From IMG/VR virus record IMGVR_UViG_3300031647_000001: a stretch of 64,000 bases of DNA. One strand, 5' to 3'. The DNA comes from a virus. The notes beneath the pieces were generated by a model, which saw only the letters and a program-made list of their open reading frames with translations, did not search any database and was not told the origin of the DNA. How positions within the stretch are numbered: the stretch's first letter is position 1; each line of letters begins with the position of its first letter. Position numbers and translations under genes: made by a program. Positions 55,355-64,000 of this stretch are shown in pieces.

Positions 55355-57658
55355 ATGAATGGAATACAAACAACAATGATACACGTCACTAAAAGAGACG
55401 GCACACTCCAAGATTTCGATTTAGAAAAAGTACATAAAGTCCTTGAATGGGCTACTGATGGTGTTACATCGGTGTCACAATCTGAAATAGAAATTCGTGC
55501 CAACATACAACTATACGATAAGATACCAGCTTATGATATCCATGAGTTACTTATTAAAAGCGCTGCTGAGCTTATATCTGAGCACACACCTAACTATCAA
55601 TACGTTGCCTCAAGATTAATATCTTATAAGCTTCGTAAAGAAGTATACGGAGATTTTACACCTAAACCACTAGTTGAAATTGTAATTGATAATGTCGATC
55701 GTGGTGTATACGATGGTGATATCATGACTCATTATACAAGAGATGAGCTTGAAGAGCTAGGTACCTATATTAAACACGATAGAGATGATACGTTTACATA
55801 TGCAGGTATGGAACAATTTCGTGGTAAGTATTTAGTACAAGATAGAAGGACTAAGCAATGTTTCGAAACACCTCAAATATTATATATGATGGTAGCCGCA
55901 ACGTTGTTTGCCAACGAAAAAGAAAATAGATTAGCATGGGTAAAACATTATTATGACGCGATTAGTCAATTTTATATCTCGCTCCCTACGCCAATCATGG
56001 CAGGTGTTAGAACGCCAACTAGGCAATTTTCATCTTGTGTACTTATTGAGTCTGGAGACAGTTTGGATTCCATTAATGCTACTAGTACTAGCATTGTTAA
56101 GTATATAAGTAAAAAAGCAGGTATAGGTATAGGTGCTGGCTCAATAAGAGGAGCTGGAGCAAGAGTAGGAGATGGATCAGTAGTTCATACTGGTCTTATT
56201 CCATTCCTTAAATATTTTCAATCAGCTGTTAAGTCATGTTCACAAGGTGGTGTTCGTGGTGGTGCGGCAACGGTATATCTTCCAGTATGGCATTACGAGT
56301 TTGAAGACCTAGTAGTATTAAAGAATAATAAAGGTACTGAAGAGAATCGTGTAAGACACATGGATTATGCATTTCAGTTTAATAAACTAATGTACGAACG
56401 TTTGTTGACTGGTGGTAATATTACATTCTTTGATCCACACGATGTTCCTGGTTTATACGAAGCATTCTTTGCAGATCAAGAAAAGTTTAAAGAACTATAC
56501 GAAAGATATGAAAGAGCTTATAGCATAAGAAAGAAAACAATGCCAGCTTTAGAAGTATTTCAAAAGATACTTACAGAAAGAAAAGATACTGGTAGAATTT
56601 ATATAATGAATGTCGATCATGCGAATGAGCATGGTGCATTTGATGTAAAGAAAGCTCCTATTAGAATGAGTAACTTATGTTGCGAAATAGATCTACCCAC
56701 TAAACCTTTAGAATCATATGATGATGAAAACGGAGAGATCTCTTTATGTACTTTATCAGCCATTAATTGGGGATTGATAGATGATACAAAAGACTTTGAA
56801 AAGTATTGTACACTAGCAGTAAGAGCATTAGATAACCTATTAGATTATCAAGAGTATCCAATCAAAGCAGCAGAAAGATCTACTATGAATCGTAGACCAC
56901 TAGGCATAGGTATAATCAACCTAGCGTATTTCCTTGCTAAGAGAGGATTAAAGTATAATGAAGGAGCTCATGAGATCATTGATGAGTATGCAGAGGCATG
57001 GTCATATTACTTAATTAAAGCTTCTGCTGAATTAGCTGAAGAAAAAGGTGCATGTTTATTAAATAATGAGACAAAATATGCCAGTGGAGACCTTCCAAAT
57101 GATACATATAAGAGTGCAGTAGATAATTTAGTAAAACGTAAATCTACATTACCATGGGACACGCTGAGAAGCTCTCTAGTAGAACATGGAATTAGAAACT
57201 CTACGTTAATGGCATTAATGCCAGCAGAAACATCTGCACAAATTTCTAATAGTACGAATGGTATAGAACCACCTCGTGCATTGGTTAGTTATAAACAGAG
57301 TAAAGATGGAGTGATGGCTCAGGTAGTTCCTGGTTATCATCATCTTAAGAATAAGTATGACCTATTGTGGGACCAAAAGTCTCCTGAAGGTTATATAAAG
57401 ATCTGTGCTATACTTCAGAAATATATAGATCAGGGAATAAGTGTTAACACATCTTATAATCCTGAACACTTCGAGGATAACAAAGTTCCTATGTCTTTAA
57501 TGATTAAAGATTTAGTAATGGCTTATCAATTTGGTTTAAAACAATTGTATTACTTTAATACTTATGATGGATCTGTCGATGTCAACGTTAAAGACGATCT
57601 ACCAGAGTTAGAGCAAGCAAACATAGATGAAGAGGACTGCGATAGTTGTAAAATATGA
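55355..57658 (+). CDS. nrdA: Ribonucleotide reductase class Ia alpha subunit
   Basis: ATP cone, PTPIMAG, FSSC, QGGVRGG, SNLCCEI, PAETSAQISN, C-terminal CDSCKI. Confidence 0.98.
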   Translation: MNGIQTTMIHVTKRDGTLQDFDLEKVHKVLEWATDGVTSVSQSEIEIRANIQLYDKIPAYDIHELLIKSAAELISEHTPNYQYVASRLISYKLRKEVYGDFTPKPLVEIVIDNVDRGVYDGDIMTHYTRDELEELGTYIKHDRDDTFTYAGMEQFRGKYLVQDRRTKQCFETPQILYMMVAATLFANEKENRLAWVKHYYDAISQFYISLPTPIMAGVRTPTRQFSSCVLIESGDSLDSINATSTSIVKYISKKAGIGIGAGSIRGAGARVGDGSVVHTGLIPFLKYFQSAVKSCSQGGVRGGAATVYLPVWHYEFEDLVVLKNNKGTEENRVRHMDYAFQFNKLMYERLLTGGNITFFDPHDVPGLYEAFFADQEKFKELYERYERAYSIRKKTMPALEVFQKILTERKDTGRIYIMNVDHANEHGAFDVKKAPIRMSNLCCEIDLPTKPLESYDDENGEISLCTLSAINWGLIDDTKDFEKYCTLAVRALDNLLDYQEYPIKAAERSTMNRRPLGIGIINLAYFLAKRGLKYNEGAHEIIDEYAEAWSYYLIKASAELAEEKGACLLNNETKYASGDLPNDTYKSAVDNLVKRKSTLPWDTLRSSLVEHGIRNSTLMALMPAETSAQISNSTNGIEPPRALVSYKQSKDGVMAQVVPGYHHLKNKYDLLWDQKSPEGYIKICAILQKYIDQGISVNTSYNPEHFEDNKVPMSLMIKDLVMAYQFGLKQLYYFNTYDGSVDVNVKDDLPELEQANIDEEDCDSCKI

Positions 57659-58728
57659 GCATATTAAAAAAGAATAAAAAATCTCACTTAGATAAAATGA
57701 TGTTTCTTGATGAACCGGTGGATGTGCAAAGATTTGATATCCTTAAGTACCCAGCACTAGACAAAATAACAGACAAACAATTAGGTTTCTTTTGGAGACC
57801 AGAAGAGGTAGATGTCAGTAGGGACAAAAAAGATTTTGACTTACTTACTGAACATGAACGCCACATCTTTACTTCAAATTTAAAAAGACAAATACTATTA
57901 GATAGCGTCCAAGGGAGGGCACCAAATCTTGCATTTTTACCAATCGCTTCTCTGCCCGAGGTGGAAAATTGGATCGAAACATGGTCATTCTCTGAAACTA
58001 TCCACTCTAGATCTTATACACACATCATTAGGAATGTCTATGCTGATCCTTCCACTGTTTTTGACGGTATGCTCGACATAAAAGAAATCTTAGAATGTGG
58101 TAATGATATCGCAAAATACTATGATGACTTAATTGATTACAATAACTCAGCTTCAAACAAGATGGACCATAAACGTGCACTATGGATGTGTATGAATAGT
58201 GCTAATGCATTAGAAGGTATTAGGTTCTATGTTTCATTCGCATGTAGTTGGGCATTTGCTGAGCTTAAAAAGATGGAAGGTAATGCTAAAATCATTAAGT
58301 TTATTGCAAGGGATGAGAACGTCCACTTAGCTGCAACTACTACTATGTTAAAAAATATGGTAAAGGAAGATCCAGATTTCGCAAAGTTACAAAAAGAAAT
58401 GCAACCTGAAGTAACTAAGTTATTCGTAAAAGTTATTGAGCAAGAAAAAGAATGGGCTAAGTTCTTATTTAAAGATGGTTCAATGATTGGCTTAAACGAA
58501 AAACTGTTATGTGATTATATTGAATGGATTGGTTGTAAACGAATGAGAGCCTTAGGGTTAACATGTCCGTATCATGTATCTAAACTAAATCCGTTGCCAT
58601 GGACTGAAAAGTGGATTGGTGGAGGTAACGTTCAAGTTGCTCCTCAAGAAACAGAGATCAGTTCATATGTTGTAGGTGGAGTTAAACAAGACGTAGATGA
58701 AACGACCTTAGCAGGCCTTTCACTATAG
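57655..58728 (+). CDS. nrdB: Ribonucleotide reductase class Ia beta subunit
   Basis: FFWRPEE, DSVQGR, E.IHSRSY, EGIRFY.SF, DE.VH, APQETEISSY. Confidence 0.98.
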   Translation: MSILKKNKKSHLDKMMFLDEPVDVQRFDILKYPALDKITDKQLGFFWRPEEVDVSRDKKDFDLLTEHERHIFTSNLKRQILLDSVQGRAPNLAFLPIASLPEVENWIETWSFSETIHSRSYTHIIRNVYADPSTVFDGMLDIKEILECGNDIAKYYDDLIDYNNSASNKMDHKRALWMCMNSANALEGIRFYVSFACSWAFAELKKMEGNAKIIKFIARDENVHLAATTTMLKNMVKEDPDFAKLQKEMQPEVTKLFVKVIEQEKEWAKFLFKDGSMIGLNEKLLCDYIEWIGCKRMRALGLTCPYHVSKLNPLPWTEKWIGGGNVQVAPQETEISSYVVGGVKQDVDETTLAGLSL

Positions 58729-58901
58729 TGGAAAAGAAAATACTACAGATCGTTAATCTATCTCCTAGTGAAGATTGGATAGAAAAAATAACATTAATAC
58801 ATCCAATGCGCCAGATATTCTGGGCATCTATATTGCAAGTATGCGTATTCGGTGGAATGCTTACGGCGTTTTGGATGATTAACATAGGATTAAAATTATG
58901 A
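58728..58901 (+). CDS. Small membrane protein, 57 aa
   Basis: Manual read from GTG, coupled to nrdB and glutaredoxin. Confidence 0.5.
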   Translation: MEKKILQIVNLSPSEDWIEKITLIHPMRQIFWASILQVCVFGGMLTAFWMINIGLKL

Positions 58902-59128
58902 TAGAAATATTTGGAAAAACACAGTGTCCTTACTGTGATAAAGCAAAAGCTTTATGCGAATCTAAAGGATATGAATATACCTATAAACAGTTAGATAAAG
59001 ATTTTACTAAGAGAGAACTATTTCAAGAATTCCCTACGGCAAGAACGTTTCCACAGATTAGAATAGATGGTGAAGCTATAGGCGGTTACGATAACTTTAA
59101 AGATTGGAGCTCTGTTCCAAATGAATGA
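58898..59128 (+). CDS. nrdC: Glutaredoxin
   Basis: CPYC, TFPQI, IGGY. Confidence 0.93.
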   Translation: MIEIFGKTQCPYCDKAKALCESKGYEYTYKQLDKDFTKRELFQEFPTARTFPQIRIDGEAIGGYDNFKDWSSVPNE

Positions 59129-59258
59129 GATAACACATCACTGTGAATTCTGTTTCGAAATAACAAAAATAGTATTTACTGACTATCAACCCGAGAATGT
59201 GTATTGTCCTTGTTGTGGAACCGCAGTTGAAGATATAGACGACCTAGATTTTGACTAA
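59121..59258 (+). CDS. Small zinc-ribbon protein, 45 aa
   Basis: Manual read with CEFC and CPCC. Confidence 0.55.
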   Translation: MNEITHHCEFCFEITKIVFTDYQPENVYCPCCGTAVEDIDDLDFD

Positions 59259-59269
59259 TAAATAGATCT

Positions 59270-59695
59270 ATGAATTGGTTATACGAAGGACTAGAATACG
59301 AACCTCCAGCAGATTTTTCTACTGATGATTACTATGCATTTGTATATCTAATTACCAATAGAGCAACTGCACAAAAGTATGTTGGAAAGAAATTCTTTTG
59401 GTCAAAGAAAACCCTACCCAAAACTAAAACTCGTAAGAGAAGAAAAATCACCTATGTTGAATCTGACTGGAGATCCTATTACGGTTCCAGTAGGATCTTA
59501 AACGAAGAAAGAGAAATTCAAGGTGATGATATCTATCACAGAGAAATCCTACATCTATGTAGAACCAAAGGTGAAGCCGCTTATATGGAAGCAAAAGAAC
59601 AGTTTGCACGTGAAGTTCTATTGACTGATGACTATTATAACGGCATAATCAGCTGCAGAATCGGCGGACAAAGCGTAAAAAACTTAAAAAAGTAG
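59270..59695 (+). CDS. GIY-YIG family endonuclease-like protein
   Basis: FVY.ITN.....YVGKK, W..Y.GSS, E. Confidence 0.75.
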   Translation: MNWLYEGLEYEPPADFSTDDYYAFVYLITNRATAQKYVGKKFFWSKKTLPKTKTRKRRKITYVESDWRSYYGSSRILNEEREIQGDDIYHREILHLCRTKGEAAYMEAKEQFAREVLLTDDYYNGIISCRIGGQSVKNLKK

Positions 59696-59724
59696 TGTAC
59701 ATTTGCATCCAACTATGGTATAAT
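59696..59724 (+). promoter_or_regulatory. Sigma70-like promoter
   Basis: TGTACA-N17-TATAAT. Confidence 0.8.
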
Positions 59725-59734
59725 ATACTAATAT

Positions 59735-60070
59735 ATGGACAAAATAGACAACACATTTATAGAACGAAGGACTGCTCAAATACTAGCTGATACCTATGAC
59801 GAGGATATGGAAGCTACTGATATGTTTGAACAATCCGTTGATCTAGGCCGATTCGCTATTGAGGTAGTCGAAGGTGCTTTAGAAGAATATGGTGTCAATT
59901 TTGACTATACAGAAAACCCTGAATTGAAAGGTGACATGTTTGTCATCTTAAACCTAATGGTTTCTACTCTACTAAGAGATGCTGGCATTAAGCACGTACT
60001 CCAAGAAGAGATGGAATTGTTGAAAGATAGAATTATGGAAATGGAGAAACATACTGATGATATTACTTGA
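59735..60070 (+). CDS. Acidic hypothetical protein
   Basis: ORF directly after a promoter. Confidence 0.6.
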   Translation: MDKIDNTFIERRTAQILADTYDEDMEATDMFEQSVDLGRFAIEVVEGALEEYGVNFDYTENPELKGDMFVILNLMVSTLLRDAGIKHVLQEEMELLKDRIMEMEKHTDDIT

Positions 60071-60899
60071 TTATAGCCAAATAGCGCTATCGAACATTAT
60101 TGTACAAAAAGTCGATGATGAAAACATTATTAGACATATGATACTTAACAGTATTAGAATGTACAATAAAAGATACAGAAAAGAATATGGCCAAATGGTT
60201 ATATGTGCCGATGGTATGAATACATGGCGTAAAGAATATTTCCCTCAATACAAAGCACATCGTAAGAAAGCTAGGTCTGAATCTACTATGGATTGGAATG
60301 AAATCTTTAGAGTATTGAATTTAGTAAGAGATGAGATTAAAGAGAATCTACCATATAAAGTTTTACACATGGAAGGATGCGAGGCTGATGATATCATTGG
60401 TGCATTAACATTAAACACTGAAGAGTTTGGTAATCATGAACCAGTAATGATTATATCATCTGATAAAGATTTTATTCAACTACAAAAGTTCAACCATGTT
60501 AAGCAGTTCTCTCCTATTCAAAAGAAAATGGTAGTAGATAAAACTCCTAGGAAATACTTATTTGAACACATATGCAGAGGAGATAAAGGTGATGGTATAC
60601 CAAACATCTTATCATCTGATTCATGTTTAGTCGAAGGTATTAAGCAATCACCATTAAGACAAACCCTTATAGACACATGGATTGAAGATCCTAGCATAAT
60701 GCCAGATGAAATTAAACGTAATTTTCAAAGGAATACTACACTGATTGATCTCACTAAGATTCCAGAAGATATATATAATACTATAGTAAATGAATTTAAT
60801 GGGCAAAAAGTGCCGATGAAAATGAAAGTACTTAATTATCTTATTAAGAAAAGATGTAACAACTTGATTGAATCAGTGGAGGAATTTTACAATGGCTGA
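60057..60899 (+). CDS. rnh: T4 RNase H (5'-3' exonuclease, FEN family)
   Basis: LLDYSQ, WRKEYFP.YKA.R, EADDII, SSDKDF.QL, GDKGDGIPN. Confidence 0.95.
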   Translation: MILLDYSQIALSNIIVQKVDDENIIRHMILNSIRMYNKRYRKEYGQMVICADGMNTWRKEYFPQYKAHRKKARSESTMDWNEIFRVLNLVRDEIKENLPYKVLHMEGCEADDIIGALTLNTEEFGNHEPVMIISSDKDFIQLQKFNHVKQFSPIQKKMVVDKTPRKYLFEHICRGDKGDGIPNILSSDSCLVEGIKQSPLRQTLIDTWIEDPSIMPDEIKRNFQRNTTLIDLTKIPEDIYNTIVNEFNGQKVPMKMKVLNYLIKKRCNNLIESVEEFYNG

Positions 60900-61392
60900 A
60901 AAAATGATATCCGAGATCTTAGCTAAAGCATGTAGCTTAAAGACTCAAAAAGAAAAGGTAGCATACCTTAAAAAAATGAATTCTCGTCCCTTAAGAAATA
61001 TTCTTAAAGGAACCTTAGACGAGTCTATTCAGTTTATATTACCAAAAGGCGTACCGCCATACCAGAAAGATGATGCTCCTAAGGGGTATGAACCAAGCAA
61101 TCTGCATAGGATGTCGCCACGATTTAAGTATTTTTTCAAAGGCGGCATTGGCGAACAAATGCCAGCAGGTCGCAGAGAAAAGATGTTTATAGATGTTTTA
61201 GAATCTTTACATCCAGACGAAGCAGAGCTGGTAATTGCTATGAAGGAGAAAAAACTTATGGGTAAATATAAAGGAATCACTACTAAGTTGGTTTCTGAAG
61301 TCTTTCCTAATCTCCTTGTGAAGCCGAAGGCTACAAGGGCTAAATCTACTAAAGTGAAACCGGTAGATGAGGAAAGTACAACTCAGGACTAA
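60892..61392 (+). CDS. Conserved T4-like hypothetical protein
   Basis: LP.G.PPY, RREKMFI.VLESLHPDEA motif. Confidence 0.75.
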   Translation: MAEKMISEILAKACSLKTQKEKVAYLKKMNSRPLRNILKGTLDESIQFILPKGVPPYQKDDAPKGYEPSNLHRMSPRFKYFFKGGIGEQMPAGRREKMFIDVLESLHPDEAELVIAMKEKKLMGKYKGITTKLVSEVFPNLLVKPKATRAKSTKVKPVDEESTTQD

Positions 61393-61471
61393 AGGAGGTG
61401 ATCTTATCTAACTTCGTTATTAATTTTAACAGTAAGTTTAAGGAGGGTCAATCAGGCTAGAGAACACGAGA

Positions 61472-61500
61472 ATGGGATATCGGCCGGTGTCCCATTTTTT
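61472..61500 (+). terminator. Rho-independent terminator
   Basis: TGGGATAT...GTGTCCCA stem plus T-run. Confidence 0.75.
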
Positions 61501-61567
61501 TACATTTATATGTACGTATAAATGCATCAATCTTACACTTTTATGCACATATAAATGTAAATAAAGG

Positions 61568-61596
61568 TGTACATTCACATGAAACTGTGTTATAAT
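61568..61596 (+). promoter_or_regulatory. Sigma70-like promoter
   Basis: TGTACA-N17-TATAAT; spacer nearly identical to the gp55 promoter at 12664. Confidence 0.8.
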
Positions 61597-61621
61597 ATAC
61601 TATTATGACAAGGATTATATT

Positions 61622-61945
61622 ATGATACAAATACTACGAGAAATAACCGATTGGGGCGATCTAACTATTGCCAATGGCGACTATTATGTCAACAGCCATG
61701 GATATCTTATTGGATATATGCCACCCGGCAAAGCATGTAAAATGTTTAAAACTCCACTCAAAACGTTTTCTAAATCAAGACGCAAATTTAAACTCATAGG
61801 CGAATGGCCAGAAGAATTGCCGAAGGGTTATATAACTGTGACAGGTAGTAAGGGTAACACCTATACCATTTATAACAAGAAGTGCTCATGTCCAGGTTTT
61901 AAATTCAGAGGTTCTTGTAAACATTTAGACAAGGTAGCAGCATGA
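61622..61945 (+). CDS. SWIM zinc-finger-containing protein
   Basis: GSKGNTY...CSCPGFKFRGSCKH. Confidence 0.75.
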   Translation: MIQILREITDWGDLTIANGDYYVNSHGYLIGYMPPGKACKMFKTPLKTFSKSRRKFKLIGEWPEELPKGYITVTGSKGNTYTIYNKKCSCPGFKFRGSCKHLDKVAA

Positions 61946-62487
61946 ATATATTTATTCTAGATAATGATCCAGTGATAGCTGCTCAACTACAGTGTGATAA
62001 ACATGTAGTCAAAATGATTGTTGAATCAGCTCAGATGTTATCAACTGTTCATCGAATGCTTGATGGTACTATGGAACGTAGGCCATCTAAGTCTGGTTCA
62101 ATGATACAATATTGGAAACTTAACGACGATCGTGAAGATGTCTTATACAAAGCTTGTCATTTTAATCACCCTTCAACAGTATGGACTAGAGAATCTTGTC
62201 TTAACTATGAATGGCACTACAAGCATTTTATTGCTTTATGTGATGAGTATAAATATAGGTATGGAAAGATACATGCAACAGATACTAAACTGAGAGTAGC
62301 ATTGAAAAGCATACCAAATAATATAACAATAACAGATATGACACCATTCAAATTAGCAATGGCATCATTCCCGGAATGTATAACTAAAGATCCAGTGGAA
62401 TCTTACAGAGCATTCTATAAAACAAAGAGAGAAAGATTTAATATGGCGTGGACAAAACGAGAAGTACCGGAGTGGTTTAATGCCTAG
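61942..62487 (+). CDS. Pyrimidine dimer DNA glycosylase-like (DenV/PDG family)
   Basis: MNIF.LD..P..AA..CDKHVVKM..ESAQMLST, HPST.W. Confidence 0.8.
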   Translation: MNIFILDNDPVIAAQLQCDKHVVKMIVESAQMLSTVHRMLDGTMERRPSKSGSMIQYWKLNDDREDVLYKACHFNHPSTVWTRESCLNYEWHYKHFIALCDEYKYRYGKIHATDTKLRVALKSIPNNITITDMTPFKLAMASFPECITKDPVESYRAFYKTKRERFNMAWTKREVPEWFNA

Positions 62488-62725
62488 ATACGATTTTATA
62501 CATTTGAAGTCTGGTGAAATTACTGAATATACTATGAGTTGGAAAGAACTCGATAAGTTTAAAGCAGATAATCCAGACCTACAACAACAAATTAGTGCAC
62601 CCGTTATGAATACACGACAAGACGGCGACGTATTAAAAAAAGCAGGCGACGGTTGGAAGGAAGTCCAGCAAAGAATTCAAAGTGGAATGCCACCACGACT
62701 AAGAGGAAATATTAAAACAAAATGA
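62480..62725 (+). CDS. FmdB-like small protein
   Basis: MPRYDF....GE; GWKEV..RI motif. Confidence 0.55.
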   Translation: MPRYDFIHLKSGEITEYTMSWKELDKFKADNPDLQQQISAPVMNTRQDGDVLKKAGDGWKEVQQRIQSGMPPRLRGNIKTK

Positions 62726-62994
62726 AATTATTAAAAAACTATGTGTTAGTAGCTGAAGTTGCTAAAGAACAAACAACTGCCGGTGGTATTATATTATCGA
62801 ATGATGCAGTATTAGACAAGAGCCATAAGCCAGGATTAGTTCTAGGTGTAGGTCCTGGTGTCGACATCAAGAGCATTAAACCTGGAGATAGAGTATATTT
62901 AGATTGGTCTAAATCAATGCCTATTAACCATGAAGGCCAAGGTGCTGTTATTGTAAATGACGATCATATCAAGGCTGTTATTACGGATGTTTAA
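62722..62994 (+). CDS. GroES-like co-chaperonin
   Basis: VLV......TTAGGIIL, G.V.GVGPG, PGD.V. Confidence 0.8.
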   Translation: MKLLKNYVLVAEVAKEQTTAGGIILSNDAVLDKSHKPGLVLGVGPGVDIKSIKPGDRVYLDWSKSMPINHEGQGAVIVNDDHIKAVITDV

Positions 62995-63658
62995 ACATGA
63001 ACCAATTGATCTCGGATATAATGATCTCACTGCAGTTACTGCTAAGTCTGGTAGAACTTACCGTGACCCAGCCGGTAATAGTTATCCTTCTATTACTACT
63101 GTTCTCTCGATATTAAGTAGAGAAGCTATTCAGAAATGGAGAGCAAGAGTAGGCGAAGAGGAAGCTAATCGTATTAGTTCTAGAGCATCTGGTCGTGGAA
63201 CGATAGTTCACAATCTATTGGAAAAATATGTGAATAATGACCCTGACTATCTTGAAGGCGAAATGCCACATAACATACAAACCTTTAAGGATATACAACC
63301 AACGTTAGATAAATGTTTAACGAAAGTATATGCACAAGAAGCTCCATTATATTCTAAACACTTAGGTGTTGCGGGTAGAGTTGATTGCGTAGGACAGTGG
63401 GAAGGTGTTGATGCTATCATAGATTATAAGACATCTAAGAAGCTAAAAAAGGTAGAATGGATTAGTGGTTACTTTATGCAATGCGCAGCTTATGCTGTTA
63501 TGTGGGAAGAAAGAACTGGAATGCCAATCAAGAAATTGGTTGTTTGTATTGCAGGTGATGAAGGACCACAAGTATTTGTCGAAGATAGAGACAATTGGAC
63601 TAAATCGCTTATAAATACTATTAACGAATATAAAAAAGAAAAACTTTTCGGGAGATAA
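62987..63658 (+). CDS. PD-(D/E)xK exonuclease
   Basis: YPSITTVL, RGT.VH, AGRVDC, IIDYKTS, QCAAYA. Confidence 0.88.
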   Translation: MFKHEPIDLGYNDLTAVTAKSGRTYRDPAGNSYPSITTVLSILSREAIQKWRARVGEEEANRISSRASGRGTIVHNLLEKYVNNDPDYLEGEMPHNIQTFKDIQPTLDKCLTKVYAQEAPLYSKHLGVAGRVDCVGQWEGVDAIIDYKTSKKLKKVEWISGYFMQCAAYAVMWEERTGMPIKKLVVCIAGDEGPQVFVEDRDNWTKSLINTINEYKKEKLFGR

Positions 63659-63662
63659 AAAT

Positions 63663-63869
63663 ATGTCAAATTTTAGAGATGACATCTTAAAAGCGTTGGA
63701 ACTTAAACTCAAGGGTGAGATTGCAACACATCAGGTTAACATTAAAATCTTATTAGGTTCGCACGTCGGTGTGGCAGAACATCCTGATACGATTGCAACA
63801 ATTGAAGAAGTGTTAGAAAAACTTGCAACTGCGCAAGATAAACTAAACAACTTACGATCGTTTAAATAG
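63663..63869 (+). CDS. Hypothetical protein
   Basis: GVAEHPD motif; RBS GGAG. Confidence 0.6.
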   Translation: MSNFRDDILKALELKLKGEIATHQVNIKILLGSHVGVAEHPDTIATIEEVLEKLATAQDKLNNLRSFK

Positions 63870-64000
63870 TGAAAAGACAACTATTAAATTATATACTTGA
63901 AGCTCAAAAGGGCAAAGGGTTAACTATATTTGATATTGACGAAACCTTATTTCGTACTAAAGCTAAAATCACAGTTATGAAAGATGGAAAGAAAGTATCA
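63869..64000 (+). CDS. HAD-family phosphatase-like protein, 3'-truncated
   Basis: Manual read from GTG: MKRQLLNYILEAQKGKGLTIFDIDETLF. Confidence 0.6.
   Translation, partial: MKRQLLNYILEAQKGKGLTIFDIDETLFRTKAKITVMKDGKKVS

Noticed and set aside
59270-59695. GIY-YIG ORF as a mobile homing endonuclease
   Set aside because: It is short, with no visible DNA-binding tail or host intron; more likely a resident nuclease, so not called a mobile element.
592-63617. Additional TATAAATA octamers inside coding regions (592, 12021, 36223, 39442, 62248, 63610)
   Set aside because: Expected by chance in AT-rich DNA and not positioned in intergenic leaders, so not called as promoters.
910-63712. The many minus-strand ORFs of 60-130 aa in the ORF track (for example 5934..6251, 7107..7496, 46274..46654, 47105..47503)
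   Set aside because: All lie opposite well-supported + strand genes, lack RBS or promoter context, and show the Ser/Phe/Leu-rich composition typical of shadow frames.

Overview
A 64-kb segment of a T4-like myophage genome (AT-rich, probably aquatic). Its bS21 resembles gammaproteobacterial S21, which hints at the host (inference). Essentially every real gene is on the + strand. Order: terminase C-terminus and tail/head module (gp17-18-19-20-67-21-22-23, gp3); recombination/replication core (uvsY, uvsW, gp55, gp47/46, tRNA-Arg, gp45/44/62, regA, hsp20, gp43); a DNA-modification island; auxiliary genes (ahpC, rpsU/bS21, a TorF-like porin, thyX) around uvsX/gp41; a ~10-kb block of putative capsid-packaged proteins; spanins plus a lipase; then nrdAB, glutaredoxin, rnh, denV-like, groES-like and exonuclease genes. 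Top candidate for an undescribed system: a cytosine hypermodification operon (about 30.0-36.3 kb). It links a T4 gp42-like dCMP hydroxymethylase, a GalE-type epimerase, UDP-galactopyranose mutase (glf), a GT-B glycosyltransferase, a TagD-like cytidylyltransferase and an atypical C5-cytosine methyltransferase homolog. This predicts furanose (probably galactofuranose) decoration of modified cytosine in the phage DNA. Second candidate: a cluster of genes with T4 internal-protein-like capsid-targeting leaders (MKTF..E|A) and repeated internal gp21-type cleavage motifs, including ligase-like, nucleotidyltransferase-like and nuclease-like enzymes. All family assignments come from motif recognition and memory; no database search was run.
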